A stretch of DNA of 64,000 nt from Eledone cirrhosa (GCA_964016885.1 OZ024746.1:48670001-48734000), one strand, 5' to 3'. Positions 26,265 through 41,690 are shown, counted from the first letter of the stretch. The notes: generated from the letters alone by a model not told the origin. Made by a program: numbers and translations.

Positions 26265-26345
26265 TGTGCCCGATGATGGGCCAATTAAAGAGTATCTACC
26301 CAGTGGTAGTGATCACTGGACCCCGAAACCAATGGTCCCGCATAC
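26265..26345 (+). ncRNA. Hammerhead-like fold with CCGATGA core in a microsatellite-flanked insert (26115-26387)
   Basis: tgtgc CCGATGA tgggcc...ggacccc GAAA ccaatgg TC ccgcata. Confidence 0.55.
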
Positions 26346-26387
26346 ATGTTAAATGTATGAAACTTTGTTTATATTGCACCCACCCGA

Positions 26388-26400
26388 TATATATATATAC

Positions 26401-26467
<67 letters not shown>

Positions 26468-26679
26468 GATGTATGTATATATATATATGTAGATGTATGT
26501 ATATATATATATGTAGATGTATGTATATATATATATATGTAGATGTATGTATATATATATATGTATATGTATGTATATATATGTAGATGTATGTATATAT
26601 ATATATGTGTATATATATATATGTATATGTATGTATATATATATATGTATATGTATATATATATATATGCATATGTATG

Positions 26680-26721
<42 letters not shown>

Positions 26722-26722
26722 T

Positions 26723-26785
<63 letters not shown>

Positions 26786-26786
26786 T

Positions 26787-26851
<65 letters not shown>

Positions 26852-26865
26852 GATATATATATATA
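26388..26865. repeat. Compound (TA)n/(TATG) microsatellite
   Basis: Direct inspection. Confidence 0.95.
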
Positions 26866-27757
26866 CGTATAATAAACGGTACACATGTTACATATTATGT
26901 TTAAATCCATTTCAATTTGTAATTTCCGTGTTAATATTATTTTTTCTTTAGTTGGTTTGGAGGAGTGGGGTGAGCCCACGAGATTTGCAGGCCCCACCGA
27001 AACAGATGGGACGGATACTCTCGCTGTTGTTGCCATGGTGTTGATGTGGTGGTGGTGTAGTGTTAGTGAAAATGGTGTGTTGTATGTTTATTTGTTGGTG
27101 TGGTGGTGATTTAGAATGGTGTTGTTGTTTGTAGTGGTATATGGTGCGTTGTGTGTTAGTGTGATGATGGATGGTGCTGGTGTATGTGTTTTGTTCTATT
27201 ATTTTCTACAGAGAGCATTTCTAAGAGTACGACCATATCTGCTCTGTCCCCCCTCTCTCTTAGACCTCCACCCCCTTCCCGCCCCAAGGTACTTCCCAGA
27301 TGAACTCCACTCTATTACTTTCCTTTAAGACGGCTCCATTGGCTGCGACAGTTTGGCTTCTGTTATTTAAGAAGTGAAGCAGTTAATCTACAAGGTTTCC
27401 TCCTATGTCAGAACTACATACTTTGTAAGATATCAATCTCTGGTCAAACTTAGTGATAGCCTTCGCAAAATCGTGATATATCACATACGTTTATATATCA
27501 TGCGGGTGTAGATGTGTCGATGTATTGTTTGAATGAGTATCATCATGAGAAGACATCTGTCTGTACGCATTTGCATAACATAAAACAAGAATGTAATATC
27601 CGATTATTTGAAAGACAGAGTTCACATTAATCATTTGCTAAACAACAGTGACAACAAATCAATTAACAAAAACAACAAAGACGATGTTCACAGTATTAAA
27701 TATTATGTAATTGAATGCTTACATGTGTATAAACATATATATATATATATGTGTATA

Positions 27758-27853
<96 letters not shown>

Positions 27854-28356
27854 CGTATGTATGTATATATGTTTATACACATATATATATACATATGTAT
27901 GTATATCCTCCTCTGTTTGAATATAATAAATATGTGAATGCAATCTAATTTTTTTTGTGGACAATATCTTTAAAATAAAATGAAATAATTTACTTTGATC
28001 CATGGAATCAATGTGTGGACTAATCTATGAAATGTCTCGAAATTATAGTTTTACTGAAGATAAATCTCAGTGGAATACATCCAGACAACATTTGATTTTA
28101 GAGAAACTCAATAAAATACTGTCTGGAGTTCGTATAAAATATTGAACGCTCATAATCTTCCTTTTAACATTATTATGCTTCCATTAGTCACCCAAATCAA
28201 CCAGAATGTTGACAATAAATCGAAGAGCGAATTCTCTTTAATGATGCCTATTTGAATATTGCATTGTGTATTTGGAACAGTGGAACAGTGTTCTTGTAGA
28301 TGTGTAAATACAAACCTACATACATACATACATACGTACATACATATGTACATACA

Positions 28357-28413
<57 letters not shown>

Positions 28414-28553
28414 CATATATACATACATACATACATACGTACGTACATACATAAATACATACGTACATACATATGTACATGCATTCTATACACATACATA
28501 CATAAATACATACATACATATGTACATACATGCTACACACATACATACATGTA

Positions 28554-28627
<74 letters not shown>

Positions 28628-28632
28628 CATAT

Positions 28633-28671
<39 letters not shown>

Positions 28672-28985
28672 TATGACTGAATGCATTAAAGCATATCACG
28701 ACAACTAAATTTTAGTGATTGGACATTAAATCTATGAGGAACTTAATGTTACTGATCACAATATATAACCGTGCTCTATAGGACTATTGTGAAATTATCA
28801 ATCAATCATTTCTCTCGTGTATTAATGTTAGGCCCATTAATCACGAGACCAAACTATTTGTGCTGATAGACGGTAGAGCATCGGGGAAATGCCTTACATT
28901 GCTGAGTGGTGGTAGTGTTGGAGTTCATGGTGGCGGTGCTGGTAGGAATAATGATGAATATGATTGTGGTGGTATTGGCAGTTAT

Positions 28986-29088
28986 CTTCTTCTTCTTCTT
29001 CTTCTTCTTCTTCTTCTTCTTCTTCTTCTTCTTCTTCTTCTTCTTCTTCTTCTTCTTCTTCTTCTTCTTCTTCTTCTTCTTCTTCTTC
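28986..29088. repeat. (TTC)n trinucleotide microsatellite
   Basis: Perfect CTT run of about 100 bp. Confidence 0.98.
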
Positions 29089-29539
29089 GTTCTCGTCTTC
29101 TTTGCGACACATTCATGGGAAGATCAAAACAAAGAACAAAGACAACAATAGATGGAATTGCCGTGAATGACACACCCTTCATAACAGATGAACATAATTA
29201 ATTATTTCAGATTTAGACACATGACCAACAATTTCAAGGGGAAGAGCAAGTCAATTAAACCAATCCAAATACGTTACTGGTACTTTATTTTCTCGACCAC
29301 ATAAGGATAAAAGGTGAAGCTAACCACGGCATGATTTGAACTCTGAGATGTAAATGGTAAATTTCTCTTTTAATATAAAGTGTTTCCGTCTTTAGACTTG
29401 ATTTCCTCAACCTTCAGTCAAATATAAATAGATATCAAAATATTTATAGTTTGGTTGAAGATTTGCGTAGAGATATCTTTGTTTTAATCTTTGTTTTTTA
29501 ATGTCTCGGGTTGCATTTGCTTTTGAATATATGTTAAGA

Positions 29540-29752
29540 TTGTTTCTACATTAGGCACAAGACCAGCAATTTTGTGGGAAGCAGAAAGTCGATCGAATCG
29601 ACACCAGTGCATTACTGGTACTTTATTTTATCGATCCCGTAAGGATGAAAGACAAAGCTAACCTCGGCGGGATTTGAACCCAGAATGTAAAGATCCATAA
29701 CTCTATGCTGTAAAGCATAGCGTCCGACCCTCTACCGATACTGTCAATCCAG
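29540..29752 (-). mobile_element. tRNA-derived SINE (further fragments at 29200-29350 and 29855-29930)
   Basis: Reverse complement of the family consensus. Confidence 0.85.
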
Positions 29753-30827
29753 GGAACAAAAAATCAGTAGTGCATCAAATACATATCTAATTACGTATTA
29801 CATATGTTTCAGGAACGATTCAGTAACGATCAAAATATGTTCGAGGAAATCCAATTGAACGTAAAGGGCCATAACTATATGCTGCAAAGAATAGTGGCTG
29901 ACGCTCTACCGATGCTGCCAAACCACCGTTAATATTAACATTAACACAGGCATATAATATATGTAATAGAATTACAATGGAAGTTTCCAACAAGTGTTAT
30001 TTATGTATGCCTGATAATATTGTCTATATGTTGTTTCTCAATGTGTGTGGATGCATGTGTTAGTATGTGCACGTGCCTTTCTCTCTCTCTTTCTGTATGT
30101 CTGTCCAGGTGTGTATGTGTATGTTTGTGTTTCTTGAAATGTACTATGTGAATCCCTAAAATGCGTAATAGCGAATATCATTCGAGTAAACAAAATTAAC
30201 TACAAGATTCATATTAATCGCTATCATGTCTAGCTGCCTGGAACAATACATACATGAAAAAAAAAAAATATATATATATATGTACTATTAATAATGAGTT
30301 CAAATCTGAGGTAGTCCTTTACAATTTGAACTCATTATTAATAGTATCACTGCTCCTTACGTAGAGCTAAATTTAACCCCATATAAACGGCTGTTATTTC
30401 TAGCAGCACGAGTATGCGGTAGCTAGACACTGGATAACCATGTGTGAAAAACCATGTGCGTTAAACAGTTTTTTTAAATATTTTGAAGTGAAACATACCA
30501 ATTTTTCTGGTGCTTGCTGAGGAGATAGAAATGCGGTATTCTTTCACTTTCATTTTTCGAAACTTATTTGGATTTTAAGGTTTAAACCAGTCTACGGAAC
30601 AGGTTTGATTTTGAAATTTAAATTTGTCCAAGCACCACGGCCATTTGCCAATATACTTTGTTTTATTGATTTATTATTTTAAATCGAGACAGGCAAACTG
30701 TATTATTATAATTAGTATTTTTCAATCTAGCTAACTTAGTCATTTACAATACAAAAATGGATATGTTGGTATTTGTGTTGATCAAATATAGTAATTTATA
30801 TTAACTTGTATATATATATGTATATAT

Positions 30828-31490
30828 ATATGAATGAGAAATGGCGAGTTGTGTGGTTGCAACTAGGATATATATAAAAATGAAGAATTAGAAATAGAAG
30901 CCAGGACTATCCTTCATCAGTGGGCTACTAGCCATCATAGGTATTTCTTCGCATTACAGACCATATACGTCCATCTAGGGCGATGCAATAACTAAAATAA
31001 GTTATTGGGATAAAAAGAGTTGGGTGGAGAAAGAGAGACAGGTAAAGAAACACGAATGGTGAGACAACATAAAGAGAGGAAAAAATGAGAAAATCAAGTC
31101 AATAATTCAATTTGAACACACGCATGGGCGAATTTTGACGAGAAGACGAAAGACACATCTTCACCGTGCGGATATGAGCGGGGAAAGAATCTCAGAGAGG
31201 GTGAGTAGCAGAGAGTGAGTGAGTGAAAATGTGAGGAAGAGGCTAGCCGAAAGAGGGTGACTAGTAGAGGGGGTGAGTGAAAGTAAGGGGGAGAAGGAGA
31301 GAGAAAGAGAAAGAGGATAGCAGTAAGGGAAGAGAAAAAGAGAGGTCACAGTGAAGGGGAAAGCATATATGAATGAGAAATGGCGAGCTGTGTTGTTGCA
31401 TATAGGATATATATAAAAATGAAGAATTGGAAATAGAAGCCTGGACTATCCGTCATCAGTGGTCCACTAGCCATCATAGGTATTTCTTCT
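30828..31490 (-). mobile_element. Non-coding partial-tandem TA-flanked element (unit ~540 bp)
   Basis: ~120-bp direct repeat (30831-30950 vs 31370-31489) containing CTGATGA on the minus strand. Confidence 0.7.
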
Positions 31491-31516
31491 ATATATATAT
31501 ATATATGTATATATGT

Positions 31517-31612
<96 letters not shown>

Positions 31613-31835
31613 TAATAAAAGGAATTCCAACTTTAACTGATTTACTCGTTTTATTTACAATCCTTTAAAATTATAATGGTATGAGAATGAAATAGTATGG
31701 TAGAATATTAAATGTTAAGTGTTAATTGAACAAGTACTTTCTTGCTTTCGCAATCTTCAGGTTCATTTTCTGTGGTGACAGTCAAGTTTGCAATTTTCAA
31801 CTGTAGATATATATGTATATATATATATGTATATA

Positions 31836-31911
<76 letters not shown>

Positions 31912-31914
<3 letters not shown>

Positions 31915-32354
31915 GATATTAAACAAATGGAAACAATATTTATAAAACCATATTTATTTCATTATACATATTTCGGGGATACCATATTAAAAATATGGCA
32001 TGCCTTCTTCAGATAAAATACAATATATAAACATTTTATAAATAATTTTGACGTACCATAAATATTGACCAACCGTTATGTAAAAAGCTGGTTTTTACAT
32101 AACGGTTGGTCAATATTTATGGTACGTCAAAATTATTTATAAAATGTTTATATATTGTATTTTATCTGAAGAAGGCATGCCATATTTTTAATATGGTATC
32201 CCCCAAATATGTATAATGAAATAAATATGGTTTTATAAATATTGTTTCCATTTGTTTAATATCGTATATCTACTCCAAAACATGTCGAGTGCTTTATATC
32301 AGTTATAAAATATTTACTTGTTGTAACCCAACAATTTTATATAAAACTTTTGCA
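31912..32354. mobile_element. Palindromic mini-PLE (relative of the B pLTR): two ~175-bp inverted arms, each with a hammerhead, plus an ~88-nt extension
   Basis: Arms 31912-32086 and 32092-32266 are near-perfect reverse complements. CTGAAGA..GAAA at 31955-32020 (-) and 32158-32223 (+, GAAA changed to CAAA). Homologous to 8215-8340 and 14179-14390. Confidence 0.9.
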
Positions 32355-32648
32355 TATATATATATGTATGTATATACATACATATTTGTATATATTGTTA
32401 TACATAAATATTTAAATATTTGTATATACATGTATTATTTGGTTTGTTGTTTAGTTTGTTGTTTTATTTTCTCATACATATGTATATATATATTTCGTTT
32501 CTGAATTTGTATATATATATATATACACATATATATATACACACATATATATATACACACACATATATATGTATGTATATGTATATATATATGTATGTAT
32601 ATATATACATGTATATATACATATATATATACATATATACATGTATAT

Positions 32649-32699
<51 letters not shown>

Positions 32700-33104
32700 T
32701 ATATACATACATATATATATACATGTATATATATATATGTGTATATATATGTATATATATATAAATATATATATACATATGTATGAGCAAAATAAACGGA
32801 AAACAACAAACGAAACAATACACTACAACAATGAACAAATATATATTTGTTTAACGCTTAATATAGTAGGAAAACAGGCCTAAAGTTTCTGATATTTGTC
32901 CTTCATCAGAAAAGTAGAATGAGAAAGAAAAGACGAAATAGAAAGATACAGGAGAGTGAGAAGAAGATACGGATAAACTTTGAGGAAGTGAGAAAGTATG
33001 TGTGTTCAGCCATTTTAGGGATAAGTATATGTATATATATAATATTTATGTATATGTGTGTGCATACATATGTGTATGTATCCATATATTTATATTTATG
33101 AATC

Positions 33105-33542
<438 letters not shown>

Positions 33543-33544
33543 CA

Positions 33545-33727
33545 TAATGTAATATATTTAATATAGAAATGGCTTCTATATGAGTAGTACTGTTTGATTC
33601 GAAGGAAACAGTTCTAATCCGTAGAAACCATTTCTATATTAAACATTATATACTCTACTATGTATTGAGTACCTTACTTACTGCGGCTTCCTCCGATTGA
33701 ATCTGGGAAACAACCCCCCCCCCCCCG
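33545..33727. mobile_element. Degenerate palindromic TA-flanked element
   Basis: TTTAATATAGAAATGGCTTCTA vs TAGAAACCATTTCTATATTAAA inverted arms, with an extension on the right. Confidence 0.55.
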
Positions 33728-33835
33728 TATATATATATAAAAAACATGAGAAGAAAGAAGAATACTGCGTGGTTTGCACATGGGTTACATATGATAAAAA
33801 TAGTCCTTCGTCAGTGATTTTCCAACCATCATTGG

Positions 33836-33866
<31 letters not shown>

Positions 33867-34543
33867 ATATAAGCAAGTATTGCACCAAGAAAAATATAGA
33901 ATTCAGCGAGAAAGGAGGTAGATAGCTAGATAGATAGAAACATACATAGATAGATATGTACATAAAGATAGATAAATATTTATAATAAATCTTTATCATT
34001 TCAGAAGTCCGGATGTTTACACTGTAACAATTCACATTGGGCTATCCATATTACTTCGACATTCAACGATGAGAAACATAATATACTTTGATTCATGCAA
34101 ATATTGCAGAATAGAAGAAAGTTGATAATGAATTGATAGTCTCTCCAGTTTGACATCATCTAATCGAAAATTGAGAAATAACGTTTCAATATATGATGTA
34201 TCTTTGATATCGTGCGAAGTTCTTGTTGCGGTGTGAGATTTCTTGAATACGAAGTTCTTTGTTTTTCGTTTATTTTGCGTGTTTTACATCTTGAATCACT
34301 GTGGAAATAAATGAATTCTTCTACTTTCGTTATGTTCTATGGTAGCAAGTTACACTGCCCATTTGTTACTATAATGTTACAAATGTACGCAACCATCTGA
34401 TTCTAGAGAATATAGTTCTAGTAACCGAGACAAAAGACGCCGTATGATTGACAGAGGTATTTACGAAAGCATACAAAAGCATCAATAATACTCGTTCAAA
34501 TTATACAGTTCTTATCACCGTCAGTACATATTACATCTTTCCG

Positions 34544-34574
<31 letters not shown>

Positions 34575-34794
34575 ATTATATTCAATATTTTATTTTATCA
34601 TGATTTATCGTCTATTTCAGTTTCACTTTTTACTGCTGTTTTTTGCTTTCCATAGTGTTATTATTCCTTGTTTTACATGACGTGTGTATGTATGTATGTA
34701 TGTATGCAGTATGTATGTATGTATGTATGTATGTATGTATGTATGTATGTATGTATGTATGTATGTATGTATGTATGTATGTATGTATGTATGT

Positions 34795-35250
34795 CAGGTC
34801 ACTAGTTGGTGCTACTGGTAACATATATCCCAGTGCAACCTGTCTCATGGTCGGGTTGTTGGCGACTAAACTGGCAACCCCACCAAGGTTTCTTAGTGAG
34901 GAGGGTGACTTTAGACATCCTGCAGGACTAAAAACAAAACCTGTCAAAGGGCAGAGGAGCTCTTAAGAGTCAATGGCCATCCAAAATCACCGGGAGAGAT
35001 GACCCCTTAGCCTTTGTCAAGGCAGAATTCTAGGAGAAGGAAAACTCTGATATAACACCTGCAACTCTTATGGTATCTAATGATGTTGACTTGTTCTTCT
35101 TGTTGGTAAATATCATCTTGGTTAAGAGAGTGGGAATGGCTTGTGCAGTGCCTTTGCTCACTATAAAAGCTTCACGGCACAGGCATTGCTTTATATCTGG
35201 AGATCTCTCTGCACTTGTCGTCACATGGTACCATGGGCCCAGCATTATGT
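34795..35250 (+). mobile_element. Probable RTE-LINE 5' UTR-derived repeat next to (TATG)n
   Basis: CTAGGAGAAGGAAAACTCTGA motif recalled as typical of RTE 5' regions; higher GC than the background. Confidence 0.4.
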
Positions 35251-35518
35251 ATCAATAATTGTCACAGATGTAGTGTTTGTACCAGAGTTTTAAAGTCGCT
35301 GGCTGGACTAAAAAGTCACACTCGTTCAGCGCATCGGTAGAGGTTCTCCTACATGGATATAAAGTAGTGGCCGTACTCGAAAACGAGTTGGCAGCCACCA
35401 TGTATGTATGTGTATGTATGTATGTATATATGTTTGTATGTATGTATGTATGTGTGTATGTAAGAAACTCCTTTCTATTATTTATTCGTATGCATACAAA
35501 CAGAAATACATACATATA

Positions 35519-35594
<76 letters not shown>

Positions 35595-37208
35595 GCCACA
35601 CGCGCAAAATCATAATAGATTCTATTGATTTTTAAAATAAGGTCAGTTTTTTAAATATAGGGATAGTAGAAACAAGAATTGAGATTAGTTTACACACTTT
35701 CTCTACATTGAAATAAGAAATGAAATCGTGGGCTGGTCTCAGCGGAAATGTATCAGTGGAGAACAGTAATTACCGCATTATTAAATGCTATTAAGATGCA
35801 ATCGGGTTGATTAGAATCAAGTAAAAAAATTGATTGATATATCAATTAAAAATGAAATAACAATTGTCGTTGTTGTTTCTAGCAGTGTTTATCTAATTTA
35901 CCGGACTGATAACAAGATAACTTTATTTTTTCATATAATATCTTTTGAACAGTGTTCATACAATGTAAGGGAAATGCATTCATGAATTTATAAGTAGAGC
36001 GTGTTCCTCTGATGTGATGTTTCAAAGAACATTATACATTTAAGATAATAGGATAAATAAAGATAAAATAGATCAATAAAAACGGTTTTTGTAAGGTACA
36101 GTCTTTTATTCTTTTACTGCTTTTAGTCATTAAATTGCGACTATGATGGAGCACCACGTTGAAATCGATTATATCGACTCTAGTACTGGTTTTTATTTTA
36201 CTAATTTGGTTCTTTTTGTCGAACTGCTGAACCAAGAGATATAACAAGGAAAGACAATGGCACACATATGCACATATGCACAAACACACCCCGGCATAGG
36301 TTGAAAAGTTGGCCTGCTAGACCAACGAAACGCACGTTCCTCATATTGCTTCGTTGCAGTATATCCAGGGAGTGTAACGTGAAGTTTCTGTGTTGGTAAT
36401 AAAGGCTTCAATAAACTAAAGTCATCCGCTACACAATATAGCTGAAGATTATCAACCATTGGGCCAACATCGCTTGATGTTACGTCACCTTTTCTCTCGT
36501 CACGCAGCAAATCTGCAAGACTCAGATTTCAACATGCTCCAGATGTGGAAAACTAGTTGGCAACAAACATCTCGACCTGCCCAACTGAATATCAACCCCA
36601 ATAGAGTACCCTCCTTCGCTTAATCACCATTGGTGATTGGGTTCCCCTGAACTGACTACTCGCAGGTGTCGGCCCATTTAATGCACCCATGCCCTACTGC
36701 AGATTGCTCAATATATACCAAGTGAGTGACCAGATCTCTACCCATCTGAGAATATAACTTCACACCCCCAAATCTCACTACCATCAGCTGGTTCCAAAAT
36801 ATAACCTCAAACACCCAACATCCCACTACCATGAGCTGGTTGCAATATCTAGGGGACATCACATAATTACAGGTGTATCATACGCAAGAAAATGACTTGT
36901 CATTCATCAAATTATAAAATCACCATAAACCAAAGTAGGTGGAATTTGAACGATTCATTCGTTCGTGTATAGTTAGGGAAGGATTGTGAGGAAAACAGGA
37001 AAAGGAGAGGAGGGAAGCAAATCACATCTTAGTAAGCATCTTCAGCAAACCATTTTGATCGTTTATAGTGAAATCGTATAAGCTATTTTGTTTAAGTATC
37101 ATTATCAAATATATTCTATTACAAAAAGCTATTTTTAATACATTGGTTTTTCTACCGTTTAAAAGTGTACAACCATATTATATCAGAGTGTCTATGATAG
37201 CTAAATGC

Positions 37209-37271
<63 letters not shown>

Positions 37272-38516
37272 GTGTGTATATATATATAATGTGTATATAT
37301 ATATATATATATAATGTATATATACGTATATATATGTGTGTGTGTGTGTGTGTTTATTTAATGTTCAGCAGTCCAGGCAATTTGTTTGCAAGGAATATCA
37401 TAGTGATTCTGAAAGCATTAATTACCTAAATTCAATCTAAATTTAGATAAGCAATGTTTACATTATAAGAAGAATCATTAATTGAAACTTCACTAAAGAT
37501 ACTCTGATAGTAACCACTGTACCATCATTCGAGCTACCACTATCGCTTCTAGATCATATCCTTATGTGTTATTAGTACGGCATACAAAGTGCTTGAGTGC
37601 GTATGACTGTGTGAGGGAAGTGAGTGTGTGTATACCAGTGTCTGTATGTGTTTCTACTTGTGTATTTGTGTGTATGTGTGTCTGTGTGCGTGTAACTCAC
37701 TGTATGGATATAGAGTGCGGCAACATGACTTGCAAACTTACACACAAGATCCATTTCCAAGATACGATAAGATTCTAAAAACAAGATAGATCTACACCTA
37801 TCTACATTGTCCTCCACCACCATCACCGCCCGCCAAATTTAAAATCGGCTGATATTGTTAGAGTTATATACCTTGCATTTTGCTTTTAGATTTTAAACCC
37901 CAATAGAAAGTGTTTTACTAATTACATAAATGGTCTCAGTCATGCAACCACTATATCCCATACCTGAGACACGACCCATTATCTCAGGTGGTTGATCGTA
38001 TTGAAGTGACCAGACTTAATTTTATTTCTATCTTTTTAAATTTTAAACATTCCCAGGTGGAGAATTTGTCTACAATTTACATGGGTAATTCTAGTTAATC
38101 GACGTTTTTCAAATCACCTTATTACATTTGAGAATACTTATTGCGTATGTATTTAGCCTGTATAATGTTCACCTGAGGTACGTCTCTTGAGCCATATTGC
38201 CAGTAATTAGTTGGCTATCATGATCCATAACCCCCCTCCCCTATTGGAGATTTCGATTGTTGTAATTGTTTGTTTTATATTTTTTTACACGACTGTATGT
38301 AAAATCCCCGGCATGTCTTTGTATTGTCCCCTTTTCTTGTGCGCCCTTGTGGAAAATAAAGAAATCTATCATGATCCATAAATGTGATAATAATACATTT
38401 GTATTTCAGCATTTCTGGTTGATTCACTTTTTGTTGATCTTGTTTTTTTTCTGCTTTATACACACATGCACACACACGCATACACGCACAGACACTCTCC
38501 CACAGACATACATACT

Positions 38517-38550
<34 letters not shown>

Positions 38551-38603
38551 CTTACATAACGTACATACAAACATATATACATGACTAAATACACACACAC
38601 ACG

Positions 38604-38706
<103 letters not shown>

Positions 38707-39202
38707 GCAGGCGAATGTGTGAGCGTGTGTGGGGATGTGCGTATGTGTTTGTGTGTGTATGTGTGTGGGGGTGCATGGTCATTATTTCCATTTTAAAGAT
38801 GAAAACGGTGTAATCATTATCTCTGGAGAAGAAAAACTGTGATTGAATATTTCCATTGCGAATAATTTCCTGTGTCCTCAATATAATAACTGGCTTGGAA
38901 GAAATCGCCATTGAAAATCAAAAATAGCCTGTTCTATTAAGGCACTTCATGCAGTCTGAAGAGAGGTTAATTTTATTTCTCAAGCGAAAATTGGTTGGTT
39001 GTTTTAAAAGGAAACCAATAATAGGAAAGCTAAAATATATTTACCATAGTACAATGCTTGAATTTACACGATTATAATTACTTTTACTCACACTCACACA
39101 CACACGCGTGCGCGGGTGCACACACACGCACACACACACATATATATACACACACATATATATACACATATACATACATATATATATATACATATCTGGG
39201 TG

Positions 39203-39247
<45 letters not shown>

Positions 39248-39250
<3 letters not shown>

Positions 39251-40095
39251 GGTGGCCCTTAGCAATAGGTAATTTTCCGAAAGTTAAAACTTTGCTGCTC
39301 CCAACCCCTAATCCTGTTTCAATCAACAAAAACATGGGATGTGCCAAATTTCAGTCAGCTTCAATCGGACAACTGTTAGGCGACCCTCAAATGCCTTGAA
39401 GTTGGAACATAGTATACGCAACGATTAATTCATTTCAAAAGCGGTATACTGTTCCCTATCTCGACCATTTTCTTTTTTCTTGTCAGAGAAATTTATGTGG
39501 ACACATCCAGGCAACCCCAGTTTAAAAACGTTCTGAATCAAATTTACCAATAGTTAATTTAAAAAATTCCTAAAATAACATGAAAAACTTTTATTATAAA
39601 GGTTTTATTAATAAAGCACACAACTTCTAAAAGAGAAACGCATTTTTATTTACAACAATAATTTCTATAGAATCAAAAACATAATGTGAACACTGTGAAT
39701 ATTGAATATTATTTTTGCATAAGAGAGGATTTATTGGCAGTTGGGTATGTTTTACGGTTTTCGATAACGATCTGTAAAACAAATTGTTTCTTAGTTCCAT
39801 CTTTTGTGAGAATGTTATTATAATGCTGAATGAGTTTGACACTTCTTTCTGCAACAACTGTCTTCTCAAGTTTTTCAAGTCCACTTTTGTAACCAGGACC
39901 ATCCTTCCATATTGAAGGGTCTTTGTGGAGGAAATCGATGCTGATAGAAAATTTCGTGAAGAAAGTTTTTGTAGTTACAAAAGACGAAAACTCGATGTTT
40001 GTAAAGGAAGAAAAGTCATTTTGGTGCAGAATGTACCTCTTCACTTGATGTTTTTCTTCTTCCTGCTTCCAGCATAACTTCTGCAATATTTGCCT
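39248..40095 (-). mobile_element. hAT (hATm-like) DNA transposon 3' end with transposase C-terminus
   Basis: Terminus TAGGGTGGCCCTTAGC; ORF tail FLHKDPSIW...VVAERSVKLIQHYNNILTKD..KQFVLQIV.ENRK.YP. Confidence 0.65.
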
Positions 40096-40470
40096 TGACC
40101 TCTCCTTGCTCTCTTTGCTCTCCTTTCCTCCTTGCTCTCCTTGCTCTCCTTTTCTTCTTGGTCTCCTTGCTCTCATTGCTCTCCTTTTCTCATTGCTCTC
40201 CTTACCATCTTTGCTCTCTTTTTCTCCCTGCTCTCCTTGCTCTCCTTGCTCGCCTTTTCTCATTGCTCTCCTTTCTCTCCTTTTCTCATTGTTCTCCTTG
40301 CTCTCCTTGCTCTCATTTTCTCATTGCTCTCCTTGCTCTCGTTGTTCTCCTTTTCTCATTGCTCTCCTTGTTCCCCTTTTCTCATTGCGCTCCTTTTCCC
40401 CTTACTCTCCTTTTTTCATTGCCCTCCTTTTCCCCTTACTCGCCTTTTCTCCTTATTCTCTTTTCTCCTT
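40095..40470. repeat. Pyrimidine-rich minisatellite of ~9-bp units (CTCCTTGCT/CTCATTGCT/CTCCTTTT)
   Basis: Direct inspection. Confidence 0.9.
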
Positions 40471-40569
40471 GTATCTATGTACTTGATTATATACAAATAC
40501 AATGAGAAAAGGGGTCCAAGGAGAAATGTGAAAGCAAGGATAGTAAGGAGTGTATATATATATATATAT

Positions 40570-40755
40570 ATTGGTAAACGGAAAAGAAAATGCTGACAAA
40601 TTGTTCACAGTGAAAAATAGTTTAATTAGGAATAAGTGAGAATTAGTAATAGTATTGGTTAGTATTCAGTTTTGGTTTTAAGTTTTACCGGTTGCGCATT
40701 TCTAATGCTTTTCAAAAATAATTTTGAGATAGCGTGTCCGTGATGTTTGCTCTGA

Positions 40756-40760
<5 letters not shown>
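40570..40760 (-). mobile_element. Single-arm copy of the 43111 palindromic family
   Basis: Highly similar to 43111-43300; TA-flanked. Confidence 0.85.
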
Positions 40761-40793
<33 letters not shown>

Positions 40794-40984
40794 ATGTATA
40801 AAGCTATGCTTATTTCTTATATATATATATATGAGAAATAAGATTTCGCTTCAAACATAGCTTTATACATTATGTATAGAAATTTAGTATTTCTAAAGAA
40901 TTAAGGTTTTAGAAAGCCGTAGCTATGTAAACACCGGGTGGGTGGGGGGTGCTAACGCCATGTAGTGCTATCCAGAAGAAGCGA

Positions 40985-41046
40985 GGGGGACAACCGTCTA
41001 TGTATTTCAGGCTTGACTGGCCATCATCAGGACGATCCCTCCCCTA
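40985..41046 (-). ncRNA. Type I minimal hammerhead
   Basis: ggggagggatcgtc CTGATGA tggc-cagtcaa-gcct GAAA taca TA gacggttgtccccct. Confidence 0.75.
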
Positions 41047-41101
41047 TATCATATATATATATATTACCTATTGCCCTTAGCAATAGGTAATATATGTATA
41101 T

Positions 41102-41411
41102 TAGGGTGGCCCTTAGCAATAGGTAATTTTCTGAAAGTTAACATTTTGCTGCTCCCACAGCGGAAAATAAGTGTTTGACTGCCCCCAGCTTTGCAAGTTG
41201 CCTTCCCCATTATATTTATTGTCCCTTATCCTTCTAATACCAAGAATAAGTCTGAGCAAGTTTTTAATTTAAGAGATAAAAGATTAAAAAAAAACAAAAC
41301 TTTCCGGGCGAAAACTTCAAAATTTCACGGTCGATGAGGGTCGCCTTGGAGTTTTCCGCTTAGTTTTGCATAGATTGTTAATTGGAACAAGATAGTGGGG
41401 GTGGGAGCTAA

Positions 41412-41415
<4 letters not shown>
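41102..41415. mobile_element. Short non-autonomous derivative of the hATm-like element
   Basis: Same ~55-bp terminus as 39248; its right end resembles the reverse complement of the 39295-39335 subterminus. Confidence 0.6.
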
Positions 41416-41455
<40 letters not shown>

Positions 41456-41621
41456 TATAGATATATTTCCTGGCTCGGTTCCACGCTTGTGTCTCGGAGA
41501 GGAACTGTTTAGGTGAAGTAGGTCATTTTCATACATACATACATACACAGGTAGATACATACATACAAACACACGTACATACATACACGTACACACACAC
41601 ACGCACACACACACGCACACG

Positions 41622-41690
<69 letters not shown>

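Noticed and set aside
32880-32920. CTGATGA..GAAA on the minus strand (also a decayed match at 27320-27350)
   Set aside because: Stems I and II do not pair convincingly; at most a decayed hammerhead.
40095-40596. Collagen-like (GEQGEQ) or Cys-rich ORFs fused to the transposase tail
   Set aside because: They derive from a 9-bp minisatellite that is open in several frames; there is no evidence of a real fusion.
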